Part shown: positions 1-9,225 of the stretch, piece after piece
Numbering within the stretch: the stretch's first letter is position 1
Layout: each line of letters starts with the position of its first letter
Program-made: the position numbers and the translations under genes
DNA from: a bacterium
Lineage (GTDB): Bacteria; Patescibacteriota; Minisyncoccia; UBA6257; UBA9933
DNA length: 64,000 nt
Assembly (NCBI GenBank): GCA_030693235.1
Contig: JAUYBE010000006.1
Coordinates: 71,189-135,188, forward strand
Reading direction: 5' to 3'
The notes under the pieces: generated by a model
What the model was told of the DNA's origin: nothing
What the model saw: the letters and a program-made list of their open reading frames with translations, nothing else
Databases searched by the model: none

Positions 1-203
1 TTCCGGCGGCGTATTTGATTTCTAAAGCCGGACTTAATGGAGTTTCGTGCGGCGGCGCGATGATTTCGCCAAAACATCCGAATTTTATCGTTAATGTTTT
101 AAATGCCACCGCCAGTGATGTTAAAAATTTAATCGCGCTCGTTAAAAAAGAAGTTTATAAAAAATTTAGAATAGATTTGGAGGAAGAAATAGAAATTTTA
201 TAG
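1..203 (+). CDS. murB: UDP-N-acetylenolpyruvoylglucosamine reductase MurB, C-terminal fragment (gene starts upstream of window)
   Basis: ORF track 15..203. The C-terminal sequence GGAMISPKHPNFIVN...DV.NLI..VK..V fits MurB C-termini. Partial gene. Confidence 0.55.
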   Translation, partial: PAAYLISKAGLNGVSCGGAMISPKHPNFIVNVLNATASDVKNLIALVKKEVYKKFRIDLEEEIEIL

Positions 204-429
204 AAAATTTTTTAACGGCTGGGCGAGCGAGACCGCATTTTTTCGAAAATAACTTGCGGAGTGAGTTATCCACAGTTGCAAATAAATTTAGTTGTTCTAA
301 AATTTAATTATAAGAGTATAAAAAAAGTTGGCATGATTGGTTGGTCGACAATCCAACGCCAACTATGAAATAATTTTTCCCGATAACTTTCTTTTTCAGG
401 AAAAAGAAAGTATTATCGGGAACGCCAAA

Positions 430-477
430 ATGGCAGCAAAGAAAAAAGCAAAAGCAAAAGCAAAGAAAAAGAGATAA
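430..477 (+). CDS. 15-aa Lys/Ala-rich micro-ORF (MAAKKKAKAKAKKKR). It lies between a 20-bp perfect hairpin and an intrinsic terminator, and could be a leader peptide or small basic protein
   Basis: ATG at 430 and TAA at 475, read directly from the sequence. Flanked by a hairpin at 374-420 and a terminator at 496-524. Confidence 0.25.
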   Translation: MAAKKKAKAKAKKKR

Positions 478-495
478 ACTTTCTTTTTCCTGAAA

Positions 496-524
496 ACCGT
501 CCCGCTTCAGCGGGACGGTTTTTA
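496..524 (+). terminator. Rho-independent terminator
   Basis: Stem accgtcccgc / gcgggacggt with loop ttca, followed by a TTTTT tract. Confidence 0.7.
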
Positions 525-578
525 TAATTATAAATAAATTTCTTGCGTTTTTGCTTAGAAATTTATATAATTAAATGT

Positions 579-911
579 ATGAAAATCAACATTAAAGCCA
601 CTAATTTGGAATTGACGCCGCCGATTCGCGAATATATAGAAAATAAAATCGGTTCGCTTAACCGTTTTTTGAAAAGATTCGAAAATAAAAGCGAAGTTGA
701 AGTATTTGTTGAAATTGCCCGCACTACCAAACATCATCGTCACGGCAATGTTTTATACGCGGAAGCCACTGTTCCGATTGGTAAAAAAATTTTAAGAGCC
801 GAGCATTTTGATTGGGATATCAGAGTGGCGATTGATAAAGTAAAAGATAAATTACAGAAGGAGATTAAAAAATATAAAGAGAAAAAAATAGTGAAAAGAA
901 GGAATGTTTAA
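579..911 (+). CDS. hpf: Ribosome hibernation promoting factor / RaiA family
   Basis: The sequence MKINIKATNLELTPPIREYIENKIGSLNRF...EVEVFVEIA matches the HPF/YfiA fold pattern. An internal ATG at 579 was chosen over the upstream TTG at 543. Confidence 0.8.
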   Translation: MKINIKATNLELTPPIREYIENKIGSLNRFLKRFENKSEVEVFVEIARTTKHHRHGNVLYAEATVPIGKKILRAEHFDWDIRVAIDKVKDKLQKEIKKYKEKKIVKRRNV

Positions 912-3279
912 TTTTTTAAAACAATTTTTCGGCAAATATGATTTTGAACCGCTAATTAAAAAAATTAATTCTTTAGAACCGGAACTGGAAAAATTAACAG
1001 ACGAAGAATTAAAAAACAAGAGCCTTGATTTGAAAAAAGCGGTTCAATCAAAAAGCCTCGATGATATTTTGCCCGAGGCTTTTGCGTTGGTAAGGGAAGC
1101 CGCCAAAAGGACATTGGGCCAGCGGCCTTTTGATGTTCAATTAATGGGCGGCGTTGTTTTGCATCAAGGAAAAATCGCCGAGATGAAAACCGGTGAAGGA
1201 AAAACTCTGGCAGCTGTTATGCCGGCTTATCTTAACGCTTTAACCGGCAAAGGCGTTCATATTATTACGGTTAACGATTATTTGGCGCGAAGAGACGCGA
1301 TTTGGATGGGGCAAATTTATCACGCTTTGGGATTGTCAATTGGATGTTTGACGCATGAAGCGGCGCTTTTATACGACCCAATGTATACCGAAAAAGATAA
1401 AGAACGCGATATTTTGGGAGGTTTTAAAATAGTTCACGAATTTCTTCGGCCGGTTTCAAGAAAAGAAGCTTATTTAGCCGATATTACTTACGGCACCAAT
1501 CACGAATTCGGTTTTGATTATCTTCGCGATAATTTGGTTTATGATTTAGGACAACAAGCTCAAAGGGGCAATCATTTCGCCATTATTGACGAGGTTGACA
1601 GTATTTTAATCGATGAGGCGCGCACTCCTTTGATTATCGCGGCGCCGGATACCGAATCCAGCGAGTATTATAAAATTTTCGCTAAAATTGTTGACAGACT
1701 TCGCAAAGATGATGATTATTTGGTTGATGAAAAATTAAAAACCGTCAGCATTACCGATGAGGGAATTGATAAAATAGAGAAGACGCTGAACATTAAAAAT
1801 CTTTACGGGCCGGAAAATTTTCGGATGGTTCATTATTTGGAAGAATCGCTTAAAGCTAAAACTTTATTTCATCTGGATAAAAATTATGTAGTTAAAAACG
1901 GCGAGGTGATTATTGTGGATGAATTTACCGGCCGGATGATGTATGGCCGAAGATATAGCGCCGGACTCCATCAGGCGATTGAAGCCAAAGAAAACGTCGC
2001 AATTAATCAGGAATCAAAAACTTTTGCCCAGATTACCATTCAGAATTATTTTCGGTTGTATGAAAAAATCAGCGGTATGACCGGCACGGCTCAGACATCG
2101 GCCGAGGAGTTTCATAAAGTTTACAATTTGGAAGTGATTAGCGTGCCGTCCAATAAACCGACGGTTCGCAATGATCTGTCGGATCTTATTTATAAAAATA
2201 CGGAAGCGAAATATCAAGCCGTGATTGAGGAAGTAAGAAAACGCCATTTAAGCGGCCAGCCGGTTCTCATCGGCACCGCTTCCATTACTCATAACGAAAT
2301 TTTATCGGATTTATTGAATCGAGCCGGCGTTTCGCACGAAGTTTTGAACGCCAAGAATCATGAATGCGAAGGATTGATTATCGCTCAGGCCGGAAAATTA
2401 GGAGCGGTTACCGTGGCGACTAACATGGCTGGCAGGGGAGTCGATATTGTTTTCGGCGGCAATCCTCCCGAGCCGGCAGAAGCGCGAAAAATCAGAGAAT
2501 TGGGCGGGTTGCATATTATCGGCACTGAAAGGCATGAAGCCAGAAGAATTGATAATCAGTTGCGCGGCAGAGCGGGACGGCAAGGAGATCCCGGTTCTTC
2601 GCAATTTTTTCTGTCTTTGGAAGACGATTTATTGCGGATTTTCGGCGGCGAAAGAATAAAAAGTTTAATGGAAGCGTTTAATTTGCCAGAGGATCAGCCG
2701 ATTGAATCGCGATTAGTTTCCAAAGTCGTTAATGAGGCCCAGAAAAAAGTTGAGGGAATGAATTTTGACGGCAGAAAACATTTATTGGAATACGACGATG
2801 TTTTGAACAAGCAACGGACGGCTTTTTATAAAAAAAGGCGGGAATTTTTATCTCCCTACGAGAGATCCCCCGAAGGGGGAGAACAAAAATCAAATCCGCA
2901 GGTTTTGGCGATGTTGGATATTTTATGGATGAACCATTTGGAAAATTTGGAAGCTTTGAGAGAGTCGGTTGGGATGCGGGCTTACGGCCAGCACGACCCT
3001 TTGGTGGAATATCGGCGGGAAAGTTTTTCGATGTTTAGAGAAATGATGGCGAATTTTGACAAATGGCTAAGCGAAAACGCAGAGCGTTTATCGCAACCAA
3101 CAACCAACGACCAACAATCAGCAAAAGAAAATAATTTAGGAAATGTCGTGGGTCGTGGGTCGTTAGTCGTCGGTCAGACCAAAGTCGGTCGCAATGATCC
3201 CTGCCCGTGCGGCAAAAAAAATCCACTTGCCAATAAACCAATGAAATACAAAAAATGTTGTTATCCAAAATTTGAATAA
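904..3279 (+). CDS. secA: Preprotein translocase ATPase SecA. It ends in the C-terminal zinc-binding tail CPCGKKNPLANKPMKYKKCCY and contains in-frame repeat insertions
   Basis: 791 aa. SecA DEAD-motor motifs are present: MKTGEGKTL, DEVDSILIDEARTPLII, TGTA, NMAGRGVDI. The start overlaps the hpf stop. Confidence 0.95.
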   Translation: MFNFLKQFFGKYDFEPLIKKINSLEPELEKLTDEELKNKSLDLKKAVQSKSLDDILPEAFALVREAAKRTLGQRPFDVQLMGGVVLHQGKIAEMKTGEGKTLAAVMPAYLNALTGKGVHIITVNDYLARRDAIWMGQIYHALGLSIGCLTHEAALLYDPMYTEKDKERDILGGFKIVHEFLRPVSRKEAYLADITYGTNHEFGFDYLRDNLVYDLGQQAQRGNHFAIIDEVDSILIDEARTPLIIAAPDTESSEYYKIFAKIVDRLRKDDDYLVDEKLKTVSITDEGIDKIEKTLNIKNLYGPENFRMVHYLEESLKAKTLFHLDKNYVVKNGEVIIVDEFTGRMMYGRRYSAGLHQAIEAKENVAINQESKTFAQITIQNYFRLYEKISGMTGTAQTSAEEFHKVYNLEVISVPSNKPTVRNDLSDLIYKNTEAKYQAVIEEVRKRHLSGQPVLIGTASITHNEILSDLLNRAGVSHEVLNAKNHECEGLIIAQAGKLGAVTVATNMAGRGVDIVFGGNPPEPAEARKIRELGGLHIIGTERHEARRIDNQLRGRAGRQGDPGSSQFFLSLEDDLLRIFGGERIKSLMEAFNLPEDQPIESRLVSKVVNEAQKKVEGMNFDGRKHLLEYDDVLNKQRTAFYKKRREFLSPYERSPEGGEQKSNPQVLAMLDILWMNHLENLEALRESVGMRAYGQHDPLVEYRRESFSMFREMMANFDKWLSENAERLSQPTTNDQQSAKENNLGNVVGRGSLVVGQTKVGRNDPCPCGKKNPLANKPMKYKKCCYPKFE

Positions 3280-3845
3280 AAAGATTGTAACATTTTTAGA
3301 ATTTTTTTACGAATTTTGGAGATATCATTTCGACTATTTAAGGTGAATTTTTTTCTGGTAATAAGCGCATGACAGTTTGGACAGACTAACATTAAATTAT
3401 CTATCTCATGTAGCCCTCCTTTGTTTTTGGGTACGATATGATGAGTATCAAGAGACAGTTCATAGCCACAAAATTCACATTTATCCCCATATTTTTTAAT
3501 CGCTTGCGCGCGAATCCAGGCTTTATGCTTTTTGATTTCGCCATATAAATACTTCTTTATTCCTAGTTTTCTACGGCGATATCTAACCGTCCATTGATTA
3601 GCCCTTTTAAATCCCATTTTCCTTAATTCTTTTGCAATTTCTTTATCAATCATTTTATGGAAATTTTTATTAATGAAATCGTCAACAACGGCATGGGGTA
3701 ATTTTTCAAGTGATTGATAAGCATCTTTCTTTAATTCAGGATAACCATGACGTCTAATTCTAGCCAAATGCATTGGGCAATAAATTTGCTTAGTATTCTT
3801 ATATAATGTAAACTTATTACATCCTTTTATTTTACACTCTGGCAT
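3261..3845 (-). CDS. HNH endonuclease domain protein (stand-alone, Cys-rich N-terminus)
   Basis: The C-terminal CEFCGYELSLDTHHIVPKNKGGLHEIDNLMLVCPNCH is a canonical HNH motif. The N-terminus has CxxC...CPMH. Confidence 0.8.
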   Translation of the reverse strand: MPECKIKGCNKFTLYKNTKQIYCPMHLARIRRHGYPELKKDAYQSLEKLPHAVVDDFINKNFHKMIDKEIAKELRKMGFKRANQWTVRYRRRKLGIKKYLYGEIKKHKAWIRAQAIKKYGDKCEFCGYELSLDTHHIVPKNKGGLHEIDNLMLVCPNCHALITRKKFTLNSRNDISKIRKKILKMLQSFYSNFG

Positions 3846-3984
3846 ATTTTAATTATAGGATTTTTAATCTAAAACCGCAACGAACCTTATCCACAAAAAA
3901 TATAAAAAGTGCCATGGGAAATAGGGATGACCGAAAAGGCTTGACCGTACAACATACTTTCAAACTTAAGAATGTTGGTATATT

Positions 3985-4680
3985 TTGTATATAGTGAGGA
4001 TGAATAAAATTATAAACCCAGTCGTTCATTTTGAGATACCGTACGACGACCGCGAGCGGATGGCGAAGTTTGCCGTTTTTGAAATAACTCTGGAGTCAGA
4101 GGCGTCGGACGCAATAAAGTATGCGCCAGACGAAGATGACGGGTGGCTTAAAGTTATACTGGAAGATAATAAATCAAAAGTAGATTTACCAGCGTTCTTA
4201 AAAGTCAAAATAGAAAGATCAGATACTAAACGAGAATACTTCACAATTTTAGAGGGTCCGTATCGTGGTAAACTGGCATCGGTTGCATTGAGGAATGATG
4301 GCTCTTCTTGGTTCATCACCGGAGTTCAACACGAGCCGATGGTGCGGGCGAAATATTCTATTTCTCAAAAAACATTTATTTTAAATGGTAAAAAATATAA
4401 AACAGTTGATTATCCTGAAGCTCCTTGGAGAAAGGGATTATATGACATTGAAATTCCAGATCATCCTCACCGGGGCGGAGCAAATTATCCTGAGGCCCAG
4501 AGAGCTAAAACCTGGTTCAAGATTGGACATTCTGGCGAGAGATACTTACATACCGGCGGTCGATCGCTTGGTTGCATGACCGTTATTGAAACAAAACGCT
4601 GGATGGAAATTTATAACGCATTAATCAAGGTGCACAAAGGCGATTTTATGAGCGTCGGCGTACTTGAGGTAATTGATTAA
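3985..4680 (+). CDS. Hypothetical protein. It may have an N-terminal VOC/glyoxalase-like segment (HFEIPYDDRERMAKF) and a C-terminal YkuD-like motif (HSGERYLHTGGRSLGCMTV)
   Basis: ORF track entry. The motif resemblance is weak. The true start may be the ATG at 4000 (MNKIINP). Confidence 0.4.
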   Translation: MYIVRMNKIINPVVHFEIPYDDRERMAKFAVFEITLESEASDAIKYAPDEDDGWLKVILEDNKSKVDLPAFLKVKIERSDTKREYFTILEGPYRGKLASVALRNDGSSWFITGVQHEPMVRAKYSISQKTFILNGKKYKTVDYPEAPWRKGLYDIEIPDHPHRGGANYPEAQRAKTWFKIGHSGERYLHTGGRSLGCMTVIETKRWMEIYNALIKVHKGDFMSVGVLEVID

Positions 4681-4682
4681 AT

Positions 4683-5213
4683 ATGAAATTTGGTTTTTGG
4701 AGCAAGACAAAAATCGTTCTCGTTGTTTTTATAGCGATATCTGCAACTGTTGGTTTGTTTGTTTGGCAAGAATATCCTTTTGGAGTCAAGAAATACAAAA
4801 CCATTACCCTTGGCATGCAAGCCGCGGAAGGCGCTGGCACTCCTACCGCCTGGGCTCCACCCTACCATATCGTACCGGAAGAATCCAAATTGTATGTGTA
4901 TTCGCTGGGCGATATAACTATGTGCATCGGATCAGATTGCGGTATAGGCGGATACTTTGTTGAATGTCTCGGCGGCTGGGTTTCCGGATATAAAGATATG
5001 GGCGATGTATTTGACTATGGATTGCGTGGCGTTGGAGTAAACATAAATAAGCAAAAAGTCATAACGGTCGCCGACAAGGACGCAAAAATCGTAGGCATTT
5101 ACCCTGGTGCCAGTATCAGAAATCTTCCCTATATTATGCGCAACCATCGCGATCTTGTTTCAGAAGATCAGTTTAAGCACTGTTGGGATTTAATGCCTCG
5201 GCGATGGAAATAA
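4683..5213 (+). CDS. Hypothetical secreted/membrane-anchored protein (N-terminal TM helix)
   Basis: ORF track entry. A hydrophobic segment IVLVVFIAISATVGLFV follows the N-terminus. The start overlaps the stop of the upstream gene. Confidence 0.5.
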   Translation: MKFGFWSKTKIVLVVFIAISATVGLFVWQEYPFGVKKYKTITLGMQAAEGAGTPTAWAPPYHIVPEESKLYVYSLGDITMCIGSDCGIGGYFVECLGGWVSGYKDMGDVFDYGLRGVGVNINKQKVITVADKDAKIVGIYPGASIRNLPYIMRNHRDLVSEDQFKHCWDLMPRRWK

Positions 5214-5341
5214 CATTTTTTGGTAAACGTTATTCTTAAATGGGAAGAAGTTTAAAGGGAAATTTATTTTCGGCGAATCGGATATTATTCTTGAGCAAGA
5301 ATTAGTAGAGGTTGAAAAGGTATAATTCTTGTATAAAAACT

Positions 5342-5644
5342 ATGAAATATAATAAATTGGTAAGAGATAAAATTCCAGAAATAATAAAAAATAAAGGCGA
5401 GGAGTGTAAAATTCACATAGCCGATAATGAAGAATATTGGCAGAAATTAAAAGAGAAATTGCAAGAGGAAATTGATGAATTTATGAAAGCAGAAAACATT
5501 GAAGAATTGGCGGATATTTCAGAGGTAATGGACGCGATATACAGCCATAAGAGATTTGATAAAAAAAAGATAGAGACGGCAAAGAAAAAGAAAATAAAAG
5601 AACGGGGAGGATTTAAGAAAAGAATTATTTTGGAAGAATCATGA
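5342..5644 (+). CDS. MazG-like / phosphoribosyl-ATP pyrophosphohydrolase-like nucleotide pyrophosphohydrolase
   Basis: The [13 protein letters not shown]...EE..EL.DI.EVM..I pattern is typical of the HisE/MazG all-alpha NTP-PPase family. An internal ATG at 5342 was chosen. Confidence 0.65.
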   Translation: MKYNKLVRDKIPEIIKNKGEECKIHIADNEEYWQKLKEKLQEEIDEFMKAENIEELADISEVMDAIYSHKRFDKKKIETAKKKKIKERGGFKKRIILEES

Positions 5645-5667
5645 AATTTTTAAAGCAAATAAATAAT

Positions 5668-5700
5668 AAAAAATCCCCGCTATAAACGGGGATTTTTTAT
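5668..5700. terminator. Bidirectional intrinsic terminator between the MazG-like gene (+) and the 5S rRNA (-)
   Basis: Hairpin atccccg-ctataaa-cggggat flanked by A-run and T-run on both sides. Confidence 0.6.
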
Positions 5701-5741
5701 TTTCTCCAATTTTTTCGCTTTCCCGAAATTGCCGGCGTATC

Positions 5742-5858
5742 ATACTTTCCCGTTCGCCGAAGCAAATAGTATCATCTGATTCAAGCGCTTTTACTTTTCT
5801 GTTCGGAATGGGAAGAAGTAGGGCACGCTTAAGTAAAACACCGGCAAATTCGGGGAAG
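5742..5858 (-). rRNA. rrf: 5S ribosomal RNA
   Basis: The reverse complement contains cccattccgaacagaaaagtaaaagcgc...gatgatactatttgc...gggaaagta, matching the conserved 5S loop B/C and helix IV patterns. It lies just downstream of the 23S 3' end. Ends are approximate. Confidence 0.75.
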
Positions 5859-6022
5859 CGAAATTCACAATTATTATCAGAATCTTCAAATCCCAAAAGG
5901 GGAATGAGATAAATTATTTATGACTTATTAGTACTTCTTGGCTTAATCCGTTGCCGGACTTACACCTAAAGCCTATCAACGTGGTAATCTTCCACGAGTC
6001 TAAGATGTCTAATCTTGGGAGG

Positions 6023-6055
<33 letters not shown>

Positions 6056-6196
6056 CTGCCGAACATAGCTACCCGGCGCTTCACCTGGTGGCAAAGCCGG
6101 TAGACCAGAGGTTCGTTCAGCCTGATCCTCTCGTACAAAGGCCAACTTCCCTCAAACATCAACGCCTCTAGCAGATAGAGACCAACCTGTCTCACG

Positions 6197-6894
6197 CATA
6201 ATTTCAACTATTACTAATTGATTGGACTATACCACCTTCTTTTTTTATTAAGAAGATCGACGTTTTATAAAATCTTTAAAGATTTTATCTCTCCGACATA
6301 AGTCGAAGAAGTCTCTACGGGGTTAATGTACGCTTTTTTCGTTTCTTAGAATAATTTAAATCCCGAAAACTATCTACTAATTTTGCGAGTTTAATAAAAT
6401 CATTCTTATTTTTTATATTTTCTTTCATATTTAGAATTTTTATCATCAGATTAACTTGTTCTTTTTTAAGAATTACAAATGGTTTTACCATTTTCAAAAA
6501 ATCGCGCAACGCGTCGGTTCTTCCAATTATATATTCAAGAATACCGTCTTTGCGTATTCTTAAATAACCTAAACCAATTAAATTACAAATCTTTTGAAAA
6601 TTAACCCGATCTTTCTGAGATTGAAATAAAACAATATATGGCGATACTTGAAAACCATACCGATAAGTTCGATTTGGTTTTAATCGCACATAAATACTTC
6701 CATCTCCGTCTAAAAATCCTGCGATATATGATTTTTGAATTTGATTAAGCATACACAACTTCCCTCGGTATTATCCTAACATTTGACAGGTTAAAAATCA
6801 ATATTAGGATTTCACCGATATGAGTCGATTTATGCATTTTGACATCACTGTCGAAAGCCGCCGTGTTCGATGGTCATAAAGGGTTCTTTCTTTG
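6197..6894 (-). mobile_element. Group I intron in 23S rRNA, inserted in the ...GGGTTyArAmCGU|CGUGAGACAG context (near E. coli position 2593, the I-CreI-type site). It carries a LAGLIDADG ORF
   Basis: Exon sequence gggttcaaaccgt is interrupted before cgtgagacag. The 5' exon ends in U and the intron ends in G (omega-G). The span is about 698 nt with the ORF inside. Confidence 0.75.
6315..6758 (-). CDS. LAGLIDADG homing endonuclease encoded in the 23S intron
   Basis: 147 aa with the N-terminal motif IAGFLDGDGSI (LAGLIDADG). It sits wholly inside rRNA sequence. Confidence 0.85.
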   Translation of the reverse strand: MCMLNQIQKSYIAGFLDGDGSIYVRLKPNRTYRYGFQVSPYIVLFQSQKDRVNFQKICNLIGLGYLRIRKDGILEYIIGRTDALRDFLKMVKPFVILKKEQVNLMIKILNMKENIKNKNDFIKLAKLVDSFRDLNYSKKRKKRTLTP

Positions 6895-7027
6895 ACGGTT
6901 TGAACCCAGCTCGCGTATCACTTTAATTGGCGAACAGCCAAACGCTTGGGACCTTCTTCAGCCCCGCGCTGTGATGAGCCGACATCGAGGTGCCGAGCGA
7001 GATCGTCGATAAGAACTCTCGGATCTC

Positions 7028-7063
<36 letters not shown>

Positions 7064-8860
7064 ATCTCCGGCCTTTCTATAAAGGACCGTCGGGTCACTA
7101 AGTTCTGCTTTCGCACCGGCGCGGCTTGTCAGCCTTGCCGTTAAGCCGGCTTTTGCCTTTACGCGTCCAGCTCGATTTCCATCCGAGCTAAGCCGACCTT
7201 AATAAACTCCTCCGTTACTCTTTAGGAGGATTCCGCCCCAGAAAAACTGCCCGCCAGACACTGTCCCCGAACGTTTTTGCCGTTCAGGTTAGTTTTTAAA
7301 ATTTAAAAGATGGGTGTTTCATTGTCGGCTCCATCCCGACCGAGATCGAAACTTCAAAGCCTCCCCACTACGCTACGCATTTAAATTCTAAAAACAATAT
7401 CAAGCTACAGTAAAGCTCCCGGGGTCTTTTCGTCCCGCTAGAGGTATCCCGCGTCTTCACGGGAATCGCATTTTCACCGAGCTCCTCGTTGAGACAGTTC
7501 CCCAGTCGTTACACCTTTCGTGCGCTTCGGAACTTACCCGAAAAGGAATTGCGCTACCTTAGAACGATTATAGTTATCGCTGACATTGACGAGGGCTTGA
7601 GTCACTCAGCTGCGCATATTGCTACACGCAACCGGCAACCTTGACCTTCTCGCATCGGTCAGGTGTCACCCCCTATACCTCCTCTTACGAGTTTGCAGGG
7701 AGCTGTGTTTTTGTTAAACAGTCGCTAGGGATACTTTCGCTGCGACCCGAAAAATGCCTTGCGGCATCTCGGGTAGGCCTTATTGCTAACTTACGGCCGC
7801 TTTTTTGCCGAGTTCCTTAACGAGGAATCACTCGTTTCCCTGAGGCTACTCGCCTCATCCACCTGTGTCGGTTTACGGTACGGACCCAACATTTCTAATC
7901 TTAGAGGTTTTTCTCGGAGATTTGCTCGACAAACTTTATCCGGTAAAACCAGACATCGCCTCTACTCTGGGATTTGCTATTAAAAGCATCCCGACAGATT
8001 TTCTAGTCGGGAATCCTCGATCAAGGACGTCAAACCATTAAGACGCTTTATCTACTAAACCTCGTCACCCCATCGAAAAATATTGAGGGACTGGAATATT
8101 AACCAGTTGTCCATTAACTCCGGCTTTCGCCATTGCCTTAGGACCGCCTAACCCTCCGTTGATTTACATTGCGGAGGAAACCTTGGATTTGCGGGAGTCC
8201 GAGTTCTCATCGGACTTGCGGTTACTCATGCCAACATTCTCTCTTCCGTACGCTCCAGTTGCCCTCGCGGGTCAACCTTCAGCGCGTACGAAATGCTCTC
8301 CTACCACCCCCGACGTGAAGTCGGGGATTCGTGTTTTCGGTAATTTGCTTAGCCCCGGTAAATTTTCGGCGCAACCCGCCGTCGAATAGTGAGCTGTTAC
8401 GCACTCTTTAAAGGATGGCTGCCTCTAAGCCAACCTCCTATCTGTTTATGGCGGATAACTGCCTTTAACACTTAGCAAATATTTAGGGACCTTAAACGAC
8501 GATCAAGGGCTGTTTCCCTTTCGAACATGGAGCTTAGCCCCCACGTTCTAACTGCCGAGCCGTGCTTTTCCGTATTCGGAGTTTGACTGAGAAGTCGAGA
8601 TTTCTCCCTTTACTTCTTAACCAGTAGCTCTACCCCAGAAAAGTTTTTACTCGACGCCAGTCCTAAAACTGTTTCGGAGAGAACCAGCTATTACCAGGCT
8701 CGATTAGCTTTTCACTTCTTACCTCAGCTCATCCGAAGATTTTGCACAATCAACCGGTTCGGACCTCCATCCCGCTTTCGCGGGACTTCATCCTGGCCAA
8801 GGCAAGCTCGCCTGGCTTCGGGTCTTACACAAACCGTTAACCTCGCGCTCCGCGCGAGAA

Positions 8861-8998
8861 ATTTCTAATTTCTAATTTCTAATTTCTAAATAAATCCCAA
8901 TTTCCCAAATCCCAATAACCAAATATAATTGTGGTCATTTAGTGCTTGGTCATTGGTCATTATTTAGGTCAATTAGAAATTAGGTCAATTAGGAATTC
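8861..8998 (-). repeat. Palindromic repeat-built expansion, possibly an intervening sequence, inside 23S domain I/II. It is made of tctaatt / aattaga and tggtcat / tgaccaa type repeats
   Basis: About 140 nt of tandem and inverted ctaatt, cccaat and ggtcatt repeats replace a short variable helix between the conserved gggaaaccgagt and gtgtaagacccgaa blocks. The same repeat family occurs at 18287-18398 and 52770-52795. Confidence 0.6.
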
Positions 8999-9186
8999 CT
9001 TGTGCGAAGCACAAGGTGGCGCGCTTTTAACACTCGGTTTCCCTTTGCCTCCGCCCCGTAGGACTTAGACAAACGATTTATATAAACTCGTTGGCTCATT
9101 CTTCAATAGGCACACGGTCGTCCTTGCGGACTTCCGTTCCTTGTAGACATATGGTTTCAGATTCTATTTCATCGGCCTTGCCGGCC

Positions 9187-9225
<39 letters not shown>

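Noticed and set aside
5639-5896. 85-aa minus-strand ORF from the six-frame track
   Set aside because: It lies entirely within the 5S rRNA and the 23S-5S spacer, so it is a spurious ORF in structural RNA.
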